Assembly: GCF_963921235.1 (NCBI RefSeq)
Contig: NC_086107.1
Coordinates: 95,544,001 to 95,608,000, forward strand
Origin: Mobula hypostoma
Lineage: Eukaryota
Direction of reading: 5' to 3'
DNA: 64,000 nucleotides
Below the pieces are notes generated by a model. The model searched no databases, was not told the origin of the DNA, and was given only the letters and a program-made list of their open reading frames with translations. This document shows, in pieces, positions 27,483 through 40,949 of the stretch. The number at the start of each line of letters is the position of its first letter. Within the stretch, counting starts at the first letter, position 1. The translations under genes were made by a program, and so were the position numbers.

Positions 27483-28891
27483 AAACACGAGGAAATCTGC
27501 AGATGCTGGAATTTCAAGCAACACACATAAAAAAATGCTGGTGAACGCAGCAGGCCAGGCAACCTCTATAGGATGAGGCACAGTTGACATTTCGGGCCGA
27601 GACCTTTCATCAGGACTAACTGAAAGAAGAGATAGTAAGATATTTGAAAGTGGGAGGGGGAGGGAGAGATCCAAAATGATAGGAGAAGACAGGAGGGGGA
27701 GGGATGGAGCTAAGAGCTGGAAAGTTGATTGGCAAAGGGGATATGAGAGGATCATGGGACAGGAGGCCTATGGAGAAAGAAAGGGGGAGGGGGAATCCCA
27801 GAGGATGGGCAAGGAGTATAGTGAGAGGGACAGGGAGAAAAAGGAGAAAGAGGGGGAAAAAACTTAATAATAAATAACGGATGGGGTACAAAGGGGAGGT
27901 GGGGCATTAACAGAAGTTAGAGAAGTCAATGTTCATGCCATCAGGTTGGAAGCTACCCAGACGGAATATACGGTGTTGTTCCTCCAACCTGAGTGTGGCT
28001 TCATCTTAACAGTAGAGGAAGCCGTGGATAGACACATGAGAATGGGATGTGGAATTAAAATGAGTGGCGACTGGGAGATCCTGCTTTCTCTGGCAGACAG
28101 AGCGTAGGTGTTCAGTGAAACAGTCTCCCAGCCTGTGTCAGGTCTGGCCAATATATAGAAGGCCGCATCGGGAGCACCGGACGCAGTATATCACCCCAGC
28201 TGACTCACAGGTGAAGTGTTGCCTCACCTGGAAGGACAGTCTGGGGCTCTGAATGGTGGTGAGGGAGGAAGTGTAAGGGCATGTGTAGCAGGCATAGCTG
28301 GGACCCATACGGTGCCCATAGCTACACCTTTAGTTTGGAGGAAGTGGGAGGAGCCAAAGGAGAAATTATTAAGAGTGAGGACTAATTCCGCTAGACGGAG
28401 CAGAGTGGTGGTAGTGGGGAACTGGTTAGGTCTGGAATCCAAAAATAAGCGGAGAGCTTTGAGACCTTCCTGGTGGATGGAAGTATATAGGGACTGGACA
28501 TCCGTGGTGAAAATAAAGCAGTGGGGGCCAGGGAACTTAAAATCATCGAAAAAATTCGGAGCATGAGAAGTGTCACGAACATGACAGGGATCATGTGGGA
28601 AGGGATTGAACAAGGGGGGTGGATAAAATGGTGTTGAGGTATGCAGAAATGAGTTTGGTGGGGCAGGAGCAAGCTGAGACAATGGGTTACCTGGGCAGGC
28701 AGGTTTGTGGATCTTGGGTAGGAGGTAAAAACGGTAAGTGCAGGGTGTGGGAGCTATAAGGTTGGTAGCAGTGGATGGAGATCCCCTGAGCGGATAAAGT
28801 TGATGATGGTGTGGGAGACAATGGCCTGGTGCTCCTTAGCGGGGTCATGATCGAGGGGTAAATAAGAGAAGGTATCCGTGAGTTGTTGCTG
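27483..28891 (-). mobile_element. Second Penelope copy, 5'-truncated with an internal deletion of about 750 bp
   Basis: Highly similar to 24180-26317 in inverted orientation; retains the complete 3' terminus; hammerhead motif at 27582-27617 partly decayed. Confidence 0.9.
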
Positions 28892-28999
28892 TACTATGTG
28901 CTCTATATCTTACTTTGAATATCAAACTCAGTTTGTAATACCTATGGCTACTGATCATAAACTGAAACAAATAAGTTACATAAGATGTTTGACTTTCAG

Positions 29000-29111
29000 A
29001 AATGGTGTTAAAAAAGACAATGGTCATCCTGCAGCTGAGTATGTGAAGGCTGAACCACATCTTCGTCAGAAAAGGGCAGAAATGAAGGTTGTATCAGGAG
29101 CAGCTAGAATG
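29000..29111 (+). CDS. Host gene coding exon D (R-NGVKKDNGHPAAEYVKAEPHLRQKRAEMKVVSGAARM)
   Basis: tttgactttcAG acceptor, ATG|GTGAGA donor; 112 nt, phase 2 to 0, completes the split AG|A Arg codon from exon C. Confidence 0.75.
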
Positions 29112-29947
29112 GTGAGACAGAATACAGGCATTCGTTACAACTGTTCGTAACCTGGTTGGTTTGTAAGTTGGAAATGATGAAAAACATGATGTGGGGGTGG
29201 GGGGGGGGGGTCAGAGTGTCACAGAAATAGTTGTGACAGGAGACCAAGCATGCAAAGAAAGACTGGCTGCCAGTGTGCCTCACTAATTTTGTCACTGCTC
29301 AACCCAGCCCCAAAAATTGTAGCTCAAGAGAGGGCTGAAAACCCAGAAAGACCTTGTACCCTCCCAGCAGAAGATGCCTGCAGCACCTGGCAAATCCATC
29401 CTCTTTCATCCTGCTGGTTTCTTAGCAGTTCATTCAGATGTACAGTGTGTCCATCGGTCAAATGTTTGTGACTCAGAATTAGAATCAGGGAGATCCTGTA
29501 ATGTTTCTGTGTCCTTACGTAGCTGGAACATGCTGTGCTTTGCTTCACATTGTATTATGCCATTTGACATTGTTATTACTATTTTCCAATATTTATTTAA
29601 TTTCTTCAATTTACATCTCCTTTTGGCTGATCAGCTGTCATTATCATCCTCTTGTCCAGCACAATAACCACTTTTGACTCTCTTGGTCTCCACCTTACCA
29701 TAGTATTTTCATTATTGTTTCCATACCTCCCTCTTCTGTATAACAGATGTGTTTGATTTCTAATTTTGCTGAGTTCTGATGAAAAGTTATAGACTTAGAA
29801 CATTGATATAATTTTACTGTGCATGAGTGCTATATGACCTGCTGAAAGCTTTCAGTGTTTTCTCTCCTCACCACCATAACCCTTTAATTGGCACAGATTT
29901 GTGCAACATGGACAGGCCAATTTTGACCCAAATTGTCCACGCTGATC

Positions 29948-32331
29948 AAACATAGAAACATAGAAAATAGGTGCAGGAGTAGGCCATTTGGCCCTTCGAG
30001 CCTGCACCGCCATTTATTATGATCATGGCTGATCATCCAACTCAGAACCCCGCCCCAGCCTTCCCTCCATACCCCCGATCCCCATAGCCACAAGGGCCAT
30101 ATCTAACTCCCTCTTAAATATAGCCAATGAACTGGCCTCAACTGTTTCCTGTGGCAGAGAATTCCACAGATTCACCACTCTCTGTGTGAAGAAGTTTTTC
30201 CTAATCTCGGTCCTGAAAGGCTTCCCCTTTATCCTCAAACTGTGACCCCTCGTTCTGGACTTCCCCAACATCGGGAACAATCTTCCTGCATCTAGCCTGT
30301 CCAATCCCTTTAGGATTTTATACGTTTCAATCAGATCCCCCCTCAATCTTCTAAATTCCAACGAGTACAAGCCCAGTTCATCCAGTCTTTCTTCATATGA
30401 AAGTCCTGCCATCCCAGGAATCAATCTGGTGAACCTTCTTTGTACTCCCTCTATGGCAAGGATGTCTTTCCTCAGATTAGGGGACCAAAACTGCACACAA
30501 TACTCCAGGTGTGGTCTCACCAAGGCCTTGTACAACTGCAGTAGTACCTCCCCGCTCCTGTACTCGAATCCTCTCGCTATAAATGCCAGCATACCATTCG
30601 CATTTTTCACCGCCTGCTGTACCTGCATGCCCACTTTCAATGACTGGTGTATAATGACACCCAGGTCTCGTTGCACCTCCCCTTTTCCTAATCGGCCACC
30701 ATTCAGATAATAATCTGTTTTCCTATTTTTGCCACCAAAGTAGATAACTTCACATTTATCCACATTAAATTGCATCTGCCATGAATTTGCCCACTCACCC
30801 AACCTATCCAAGTCACTCTGCATCCTCTTAGCATCCTCCTCACAGCTAACACTGCCACCCAGCTTCGTGTCATCCGCAAACTTGGAGATGCTGCATTTAA
30901 TTCCCTCATCCAAGTCATTAATATATATTGTAAACAACTGGGGTCCCAGCACTGAGCCTTGCGGTACCCCACTCGTCACCGCCTGCCATTCTGAAAAGAT
31001 CCCGTTTATTCCCACTCTTTGCTTCCTGTCTGCTAACCAATTCTCCATCACATCAATACCTTACCCCCAATACCGTGTGCTTTAAGTTTGCACACTAATC
31101 TCCTGTGTGGGACCTTGTCAAAAGCCTTTTGAAAATCCAAATATACCACATCCACTGGTTCTCCCCTATCCACTCTACTAGTTACATCCTCAAAAAATTC
31201 TATGAGATTCGTCAGACATGATTTTCCTTTCACAAATCCATGCTGACTTTGTCCGATGATTTCACCGCTTTCCAAATGTGCTGTTATCACATCTTTGATA
31301 ACTGACTCCAGCAGTTTCCCCACCACCGACGTTAGGCTAACCGGTCTATAATTCCCCGATTTCTCTCTCCCTCCTTTTTTAAAAAGTGGGGTTACATTAG
31401 CCACCCTCCAATCCTCAGGAACTAGTCCAGAATCTAACGAGTTTTGAAAAATTATCACTAATGCATCCACTATTTCTTGGGCTATTTCCTTAAGCACTCT
31501 AGGATGCAGACCATCTGGCCCTGGGGATTTATCTGCCTTCAATCCCTTCAATTTACCTAACACCACTTCCCTACTAACATGTATTTCGCTCAGTTCCTCC
31601 ATCTCACTGGACCCTCTGTCCCCTACTATTTCTGGAAGATTATTTATGTCCTCCTTAGTGAAGACAGAACCAAAGTAATTATTCAATTGGTCTGCCATGT
31701 CCTTGCTCCCCATAATCAATTCACCTGTTTCTGTCTGTAGGGGACCTACATTTGTCTTTACCAGTCTTTTCCTTTTTACATATCTATAAAAGCTTTTACA
31801 GTCAGTTTTTATGTTCCCTGCCAGTTTTCTCTCATAATCTTTTTTCCCCTTCCTAATTAAGCCCTTTGTCCTCCTCTGCTGAACTCTGAATTTCTCCCAG
31901 TCCTCAGGTGAGCCACTTTTTCTGGCTAATTTGTATGCTTCTTCTTTGGAATTGATACTATCCCTAATTTCTCTTGTCAGCCACAGGTGCACTACCTTCC
32001 TTGATTTATTCTTTTGCCAAACTGGGATGAACAATTGTTGTAGTTCATCCATGCAACCTTTAAATGCTTGCCATTGAATATCCACCGTCAATCCTTTAAG
32101 TGTCATTTGCCAGTCTATCTTAGCTAATTCACGTCTCATACCTTCAAAGTTACCCCTCTTTAAGTTCAGAACCTTTGTTTCTGAATTAACTATGTCACTC
32201 TCCATCTTATTGAAGAATTCCACCATATTATGGTCACTCTTACCCAAGGGGCCTCTCACGACAAGATTGCTAATTAACCCTTCCTCATTGCTCAAAACCC
32301 AGTCCAGAATAGCCTGCTCTCTAGTTGGTTC
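29948..32331 (-). mobile_element. 5'-truncated CR1 LINE, same young family as 56212-60498
   Basis: ORFs 31048..32397 and 30023..31051 are nearly identical to ORF2 57402..60401, with one frameshift near 31050; same (TTTCTATG)n tail. Confidence 0.95.
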
Positions 32332-32829
32332 AAGATTGCTTCCTGATTGAGTTCTATTTGCCCTGCATTTGGCCCATATCCATATAAAGCTTTTCAATTC
32401 ATGAATTTGTATAGGCTCCCATTTAGTGGGGGGGGGGAATAGTTATGGAGGGTCTCAGAACAGATCCCTGTGGAACACCACTGGTCACTGACCTCCAAGT
32501 AGAATACTCTCCATCCACTACCACCCTCTGACTTCTGTGGGCAAGACAAATTCTGTATCCACACAGCCGAATTTCCCTGGATCCCATGCTTCCTGTCTTT
32601 CTGAGTGAGTCTAATGTATGGGGAACCTTATCAAGTGCTTTACTGAACTGCTACTGAAAACATTTCTCCAACCAACCTTTGCCCGTGTGCCTGAAATTTC
32701 CTTATGTGGTACTGCATTAGTAAATATTACTGATAATGAAAATCTCACCTAAGTTGAAATTGTATTAAGCATTTTGTTATTGTTGACTAGAGCTGATCTA
32801 GCATCTTACTTTTAATTTTCTTGCTGTAG

Positions 32830-32980
32830 GTTGAGTGTGGGACATCTCCAGAGTATTATAATCTTCACGTTGATCGATCCAGTCAGAAAGAGCATAATAC
32901 GAGATGTGCAACCAGCTCAGAGACGATGCAAGTTCAGAGAGTTTGTCGGGGTTTATGTGGCAACATAGATCAGCAACAAA
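32830..32980 (+). CDS. Host gene coding exon E (VECGTSPEYYNLHVDRSSQKEHNTRCATSSETMQVQRVCRGLCGNIDQQQ)
   Basis: ttttcttgctgtAG acceptor, AAA|GTACGT donor; 151 nt, phase 0 to 1, open. Confidence 0.7.
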
Positions 32981-33627
32981 GTACGTTATCCAACGTCAGG
33001 ACCGTACAGTGAAAGTAGTTCATTAAGAATAATTGGATAGTAGCAGAAATCACAAAATGAAATTGAGAGAGAAAAGGTTTAAAAGGGCCCCAGAATGACA
33101 GTAAGTTATTCATTTTGCTGGATACTAACCTTGTGTGCAGTTTTAACATTTTTACGTAGAATAAATGTTGTTTCTCAGACAAATAATAATCTTGTTAAAG
33201 GGTTTATCTAAATGCTACTGGGTTATTATAGTTTCCAGAAATACACTTGACATGTCTGTACAAATGAGATGTTGTAAGAGTCTGTCCCCCTGCCACTCAA
33301 TGACAAGTCTTGTAGGATTGTGCCATGTCCTGATCGTCATAGATTTAGGCTCATAGTGTATGCTGTTATTAGATAAAATATCAAACTGGGGCTCTTTTAA
33401 CCTATTTGAGTAGATCCTTTGGCATAATTCAGTATTGTTTTTCTTGACATTTGGTTATCCTCAACAGTCACCACCAATGCAGGTATCTAGACATTTGTCT
33501 CTTTTACTGATTGTGGATGTTTATGTGCATAAAATAGTTTTAATCTTCAATTGGACATCAAAAGGAGCCATTTGGCCCATCGAGTCTGTGCTGGATCTCC
33601 CGTAATCTATTCTGACTTGTCTATTCA

Positions 33628-34346
33628 GGCTACGTCCACACTAGACTGGTTAAATCCGTAACCGAAGCTTTTTCTCTTCGTTTTGACACTCTGTCCACAC
33701 TGAAACGGCGTTCTCCTCCCCCAAAAACTGAGCTTTTCTAAAACACTCTCCAGAGTGTTTAAACCTGAAAATGCTGGTTGGGCATTATAGTGTGTATGGG
33801 GTAACCGGAGGTTTTAAAAAACCTGTCGTCTCTTTCATCGGTGAAGAGACTATGACTGTAGGAAATGTTTCCAGGGTGACCCCTCTGTGGGAGTGGGGAA
33901 GATGTTGGTGGGGCCACCCCGGGGTCTGTGTGTCCGTATGTGTAGCTGTTGTAGTGGCTGTGAGGCTGGTATTGTGTCAGTTTTTCAATGTTTGTCGTCA
34001 GCTGGGTCATACTGTCTGTGAACTCCATCGGTTGCCTCCATACGCTCCAGTATTTGTTTTTTTAGTTTTAGGTCCTCTTGCGCGAGAGCTAACAGCTGTG
34101 TGTCATTTGGCAATTTCCTTTTAAGTTTTTCTAGTCTGTAACTGGACAAACGCGCACCAGGTATACCGTTTCCTCTTTGCTTGTTTTCTGTAGATGTGTC
34201 CTGCGCGTGCCCAGTAGGAGGCAATTCGCCCAAACACCCATTTTACTGTGGACAGAGGTATTTTCAAAAACGCCTGGTGTGGACGCCTATTGTTTTCACG
34301 TGAAACCGGAGTTTTCAAAATTATCCGGTCTAGTGTGGGCGTAGCA
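33628..34346. mobile_element. Non-autonomous PIF/Harbinger DNA transposon
   Basis: TIRs GGCTACGTCCACACTAGACTGG and CCGGTCTAGTGTGGGCGTAGCA; 3-bp TSD TCA (33625-33627, 34347-34349); internal coiled-coil fragment on the minus strand (QLLALAQEDLKLKKQILERMEA). Confidence 0.85.
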
Positions 34347-36048
34347 TCAGGTACCACTGATTCTCATAATAACCACTATTACCAGAAGTAATTGACAGTA
34401 GCTGAATAAGCTACCAAGAAGCATAACTTTGAGGTGTGAGAGGAAGCCTGAACACCCAAGAGGAACCTAAGTGGTCACGGAAAAAGATTGCAAACTCTTC
34501 CGGATATTAGAATTGAATGCTGATCACTGGAACTCTGGGGATTCTTCAGTACTTGTGCCACTGATTCACTTCAGTTTTATAATCTCATGGGTTGTTGTCT
34601 GCCAGGTTTAACTTGAACCATATTTGGAAGTTCCTCAGGTTTAAAAGAGATGAATGTGATGATAGTAAATACACTGATGTTCTGCAAGTAATTAATCTTC
34701 TATTTTAAAAGTAAATCAACAATTTATTGTGTATGAAGATAAAACATTGGGTACTAACCATTACTGACAGCATTGGAGGGTGTATGTGAGAGTTGCTGCA
34801 TTGGAGATTGGTAATTGATTTATTAGAGTCATGTGTACTGAGGTACAGGGAAAAACTTAGTTTTGCATGGCATCTATAACAGATCATTTCACCACATCAG
34901 TACATTGAGGCAGTATAAGGGAGAACACGAAAGCAGGATATTGTGTCACATTTGATGGCTAAAGTGGAGTGCAGGCAGACTATAAGATGCCAGACTATGA
35001 CAAGGTAAAGTGTGAGGTCAAGAGTCTGTTCAGTGGTGCATAACTATAGGACAGAGCCCGCCATGTAATTTGGACTTTCAGGCTTTATATGTTTTCAGGC
35101 TTCTGTATCTTCTGCGCAATGCGAGGGAGAAGAGAAAGTATTTTGGATGAGTGGGGTATTTGGTTATGTTGGCTGCTTTACCAAGCGAGCAGCTAATATA
35201 GACAGAGTCAAGAGAGGGAAGGGTGGCTTTCAAAGGCATTCACAAATTTCTACAGATGTATCGTGGACAGCATTCTAACTGGTTGCATCTCCATCTGGTA
35301 TGGAGAGGCCACTGCACAGGAAAGGAAAAGCTGCAGAAAACTATAAACTCAGCCAGCTCTATCATGGGCACTAGCCTCCCCAGCGTCGAGGACACCTTAA
35401 AAATGTGATGCCTTGAACAGGCAGCATCCATCGTTAAGGACCCCATCACCCAGGACATGCTCTCTTTGCTACCATCAAGGGGGTGCTTGAGTCTGAAGAC
35501 ACACATTCAGCACTTCAGGAACAGCTTCTTCCCCTCTGATTTCTCATTGTAATTTATATTTGTTTTAAAATGGTGAGAGTCAATGGAGACGTGCCAAATT
35601 TCCTTCGCCTCCTGATGAAGTAATGACATTGGTACATTTTCTTCGCTATGAAGTCTATGTGGCTAGACCAGGGCAACATGATTGAGGAGATTTGAGCAAT
35701 GACCAGTTGGTAGCTCCAGGAGATTAAGGCACATAGGATCCACTGCAAACTGGCTAATTGTATCAAAATTAGTTATGTGATTGGAGGCGGAGGGTAGAGG
35801 TGGAAGGATGCTTTTCTGATTGGAAGTCTGTGGATGGTGAGAATCAGTGCTGGATCCTTTTTGTAGTGTATATTAGATAATAATATTTTACAGATTTAGG
35901 CTATTTGGCCCATTGATATTGCTCCATTATTCAATCATGGCTTATATTATTTTCTCTGTAACCTCATTGTAGTGCCTTCTCCACTTAACTTTTGGCGTCC
36001 TTATTAATCAAGAGCCTAGCAACCTCCGCTACAAATTACAACACCCTA

Positions 36049-39000
36049 AGATCCAGCACTGGATCTCAAGAGAGAGAACTTGTAGAATGTCTGCGAGATG
36101 GCTTTTTAGAACAGCTTGTTGTTGAGCCCACTAGGGGATCAGCTGTACTAGATTGGGTATTGTGTAGTGAACCGGAGGTGATTAGAGAGATTGAGGTGGA
36201 GGAGGCAGTGATCATAACATGATTGAGTTCACTGTGAAATTTGCAAAAGAGAAGCCGAAATCTGATGTTTCGGTATTTCAGTGGAGTAAAGGAAATTACA
36301 GTGGCATGAGAGAGGAACTGGCCAAAGTTGACTGGAAAGGGACACTGGCGGGAAAGACAGCAGAGCAGCAGTGGTTGGTGTTTATGCGAGAAGTGAGGAA
36401 GATGCAAGACAGGTATATTCCAAAAAAAGAAGAAATTTTTGAATGGAAAAAGGATGCAACTGTGGTTGACAAGAGAAGTCAAAGGCAAAGTTAAAGCAAA
36501 GGGGGGGGGGGGAATACAAGGAAGCAAAAATTAGTGGGAAGACAGAGGATTGGGAAGTTTTTAAAAGCTTACAAAAGGAAACTAAGAAGCTCATTAAGAG
36601 GGAAAAGATTAACTATGAAAGGAAGCTAGCAAATAATATCAAAGAGGATACTAAAAGCTTTTTCAAGTATATAAAGAGTAAAAGACAGGTGAGAGTAGAT
36701 ATAGGACCGATAGAAAATGATGCTGGAGAAATTGTAATGGGAGATAAGGAGACGGCAGAGGAACTGAACGAGTATTTTGCATCAGTCTTCACTGAGGAAG
36801 ACATCAGCAGTATACCGGACACTCAAGGGTGGCAGGGAAGAGATGTGTGCACAGTCACAATTACGACAGAGAAAGTACTCAGGAAGCTGAATAGTCTAAA
36901 GGTAGATAAATCTCCCGGACCAGATGGAATGCACCCGTGTGTTCTGAAGGAAGTAGCTGTGGAGATTGCAGAGGCATTAGTGATGATCTTTCAAAAGTCT
37001 ATAGATTCTGGCATGGTTCTGGAGGACTGGAAGATTGCAAATGTCACTCCGCTATTTAAGAAGGGGGCAAGGAAGCAAAAAGGAAATTATAGACCTGTTA
37101 GCTTGACATCGGTGGTTGGGAAGTTGTTGGAGTCGATTGTCAAGGATGAAGTTACAGAGTACCTGGAGGCATATGACAAGATAGGCAGAACTCAGCATGG
37201 ATTACTTAAAGAAAAATCCTGCCTGACAAACCTATTACAATTTTTTGAGGAAATTACCAGTAGGCTAGACAAGGGAGATGCAGTGGATGTTGTATATTTG
37301 GATTTTCAGAAGGCCTTTGACAAGGTGCCACACATGAGGCTACTTAACAAGATAAGAGCCCATGGAATTACGGGAAAGATACATACGTGGATAGAGCGTT
37401 GGCTGATTGGCAGGAAACAGAGAGTGGGAATAAAGGGATCCTATTCTGGTTGGCTGCCGGTTACCAGTGATGTTCCACAGGGGTGCGTGTTGGGGCCGCT
37501 TCTTTTTACATTATACATCAACGATTTGGATTATGGAATAGATGGCTTTGTGGCTAAGTTTGCTGATGATACGAAGATAGGTGGAGGGGCCGGTAGTGCT
37601 GAGGAAATGGAGAGTCTGCAGAGAGACTTGGATAGATTGGAAGAATGGGCAAAAAAGTGGCAAATGAACTACAGTGTTGGAAAGTGTATGGTTATGCACT
37701 TTGGCAGAAGAAATAAATGGGCAGACTATTATTTAAATGGGGAAAGAATTCAAAGTTCTGAGGTGCAATGGGACTTGGGAGTCCTCGTACAGGATATCCT
37801 TAAGGTTAACCTCCAGGTTGAGTCAGTAGTGAAGAAGGCAAATGCAATGTTGGCATTCATTTCTAGAGGAATAGAGTATAGGAGCAGGGATGTGATGTTG
37901 AGGCTCTATAAGGCACTGGTGAGACCTCACTTGGAGTACTGTGGGCAGTTTTGGTCTCCTTATTTAAGAAAGGATGTGCTGACGTTGGAGAGGGGACAGA
38001 GAAGATTCACTGGAATGATTCTGGGAATGAGAGGGTTAACATATGAGGAACGTTTAGAAACCATAGAAACTACAGCACAGAAACAGGCCTTTTGGCCCTT
38101 CTTGGTTCTGCCGAACCATTTTCTGCCTAGTCCCACTGACCTGCACACCATATCCCTCCATACACCTCCCATCCATGTATCTGTCCAATTTATTCTTAAA
38201 TGTTAAAAAAGAACCCGCATTTACCACCTCGTCTGGCAGCTCATTCCATACTTCCACCACTCTCTGTGTGAAAAAGTCCCCCCTAATGTTCCCTTTAAAC
38301 TTTTCCTCCCTCACCCTTAACCCATGTCCTCTGGTTTTTTTCTCCCCTTGCCTCAGTGGAAAAAGCCTGCTTGCATTCACTCTTATCTATACCCATCATA
38401 ATTTTATATACCTCTATCAAATCTCCCCTCATTCTTCTACGCTCCAGGGAATAAAGTCCTAACCTATTCAACCTTTCTCTGTAACTGAGTTTCTCAAGTC
38501 CTGGCAACATCCTTGTAAACCTTCTCTGCACTCTTTCAACCTGATTTATATCCTTCCTGTGATTTGGTGACCAAAACTGAACACAGTACTCCAGATTCGG
38601 CCTCACCAATGCCTTATACAACCTCATCATAACATTCCAGCTCTTATACTCAATACTTTGATTAATAAAGGCCAATGTACCAAAAGCTCTCTTTATAACC
38701 CTATCTACCTGTGATGCCACTTTTAGGGAATTTTGTATCTGTATTCCCAGATCCCTCTGTTCCACTGCACTCCTCAGAGCCTTACCATTAACCCTGTATG
38801 TTCTACCTTGGTTTGTCCTTCCAACGTGCAATACCTCACACTTGTCTGCATTAAACTCCATCTGCCATTTTTCAGCCCATTTTCCCAGCTGGTCCAAGTC
38901 CCTCTGCAGGCTCTGAAAACCCTTCTCGCTGTCTACTACGCCTCCAATCTTTGTATCATCAGCAAATTTGCTGATCCAGTTTACCGCATTATCATCCAGA

Positions 39001-40949
39001 TCATTGATATAGATGACAAATAACAATGGACCCAGCACTGATCCCTGTGGCACACCACTAGTCACAGGCCTCCACTCGGGGAAGCAATTCTCTACTACCA
39101 CTCTTTGGCTTCTTCCATTGAGCCAATGTCTGATCCAATTTACCACCTCTCCATGCATACCTAGCGACTGAATTTTCCTAACTAACCTCCCATGCGGGAC
39201 CTTGTCAAAGGCCTTACTGAAGTCCATGTATACAATATCCACTGCCTTCCCTTCATCCACTTTCCTAGTAACCTCCTCGAAAAACTCCAATAGATTGGTC
39301 AAACATGACCTGCCACGCACAAAGCCATGTTGATTCTCCCTAATAAGTCCCTGTCTATCCAAATGCTTGTAGATTCTGTCTCTTAGTACTCCCTCCAATA
39401 ACTTACCTACTACCGACGTTAAACTTACTGGCCTATAATTTCCCGGATTACTTTTCGATCCTTTTTTAAACAACGGAACAACATGAGCCACTCTCCAATC
39501 CTCCGGCACCTCACCTGTAGACAGTGACATTTTAAATATTTCTGCCAGGGTCCCTGCAATTTCAACACCAGTCTCCTTCAAGGTCCGAGGGAACACCCTG
39601 TCAGGTCCCGGGGATTTATCCACTTTAATTTTCCTCAAGACAGCAAGGACCTCCTCCTTTTCGATCTGTACAGTTTCCATGATCTCACTACTTGTTTCCC
39701 CAAATTCCATAGACTTCATGCCAGTTTCCTTAGTAAATACAGATGCAAAAAACCTATTTAAGATCTCCCCCATTTCCTTTGGTTCCACACATAGGTGACC
39801 ACTCTGATCTTCAAGTGGACCAATTTTATCCCTTACAATCCTTTTGCTCTTAATATACCTGTAAAAGCTCCATGGATTATCCTTCACTTTGACTGCCAAT
39901 GCAACCTCATGTGTTCTTTTAGCACTCCTGATTTCTTTCTTAGGTATTTTCTTGCACTTCTTATACTCCTGAAGCACCTTATTTACTCCCTGCTTCCTAT
40001 ACATGTCATACAACTCCCTCTTCTTCTTTATCAGAGTTGCAATATCCCTTGAGAACCAAGGTTCCTTATTCCTATTCACTTTGCCTTTAATCCTGACAGG
40101 AACATACAAATTCTGCACTCTCAAAATTTCTCCTTTGAAGGCTTCCCACCTACCGATCACATCCTTGCCAGAGAACAACCTGTCCCAATCCGCGCTTTTT
40201 AGATCCTTTCTCATTTCTTCAAATTTGGCCTTCTTCCAGTTAAGAACCTGAACCCTAGGACCAGATCTATCCTTGTCCATGATCAAGTTGAAACTAATGG
40301 TGTTATGATCACTGGAACCAAAGTGCACCCCTACACAGACTTCCGTCACTTGTCCTAACTCGTTTCCTAACAGGAGATCCAATATTGCATTCCCTCTAGT
40401 TGGTCCCTCTATATATTGATTTAGAAAACTTTCCTGAAGACATTTTACAAACTCTAAACCATCTAGACCCCTAACAGTATGGGAGTCCCAATCAATATAT
40501 GGAAAATTAAAATTAGTTTGTCCGCTCTTGGACTGTATTCCTTGGAGTTTAGAAGAATGAGGGGAGACCTCATAGAAACATTTCGAATGTTGAAAGGCAT
40601 GGACAGAGTGGATGTGGCAAAGTTGTTTCCCATGATGGGGGAGTCTAGTACGAGAGGGCATGACTTAAGGATTGAAGGGCGCCCATTCGGAACAGAAATG
40701 CGAAGAAATTTTTTTAGTCAGAGGGTGGTGAATCTATGAAATTTGTTGCCACGGGCAGCAGTGGAGGCCAAGTCATTGGGTGTATTTAAGGCAGAGATTG
40801 ATAGGTATCTGAGTAGCCAGGGCATCAAAGGTTATAGTGAGAAGGCAGGGGAGTGGGACTAAGTGGGAGAATGGATCAGCTCATGATAAAATGGCGGAGC
40901 AGACTCGATGGGCCGAGTGGCCGACTTCTGCTCCTTTGTCTTATGGTCT
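36049..40949 (+). mobile_element. 5'-truncated CR1 LINE (outer), split by a nested CR1
   Basis: RT ORF 36689 reads ..GLTYEERL at 38055 and resumes SALGLYSLEFRRMRGDLIE at 40520; CR1 3' UTR ending ttatggtc. Confidence 0.9.
38056..40515 (-). mobile_element. Nested 5'-truncated CR1 LINE of a third family
   Basis: Long open APE-end plus RT frame (DFNFP, SDHN, KFADD, VRPNLEYC); own 3' tail at 38056; flanked by GTTT duplication (38052-38055, 40516-40519). Confidence 0.92.

Noticed and set aside
38295..40661. 788-aa ORF with an unusual N-terminus (and the odd C-terminus of 36689..38206)
   Set aside because: Read-through across the nested CR1 junctions into the antisense strand of the other element
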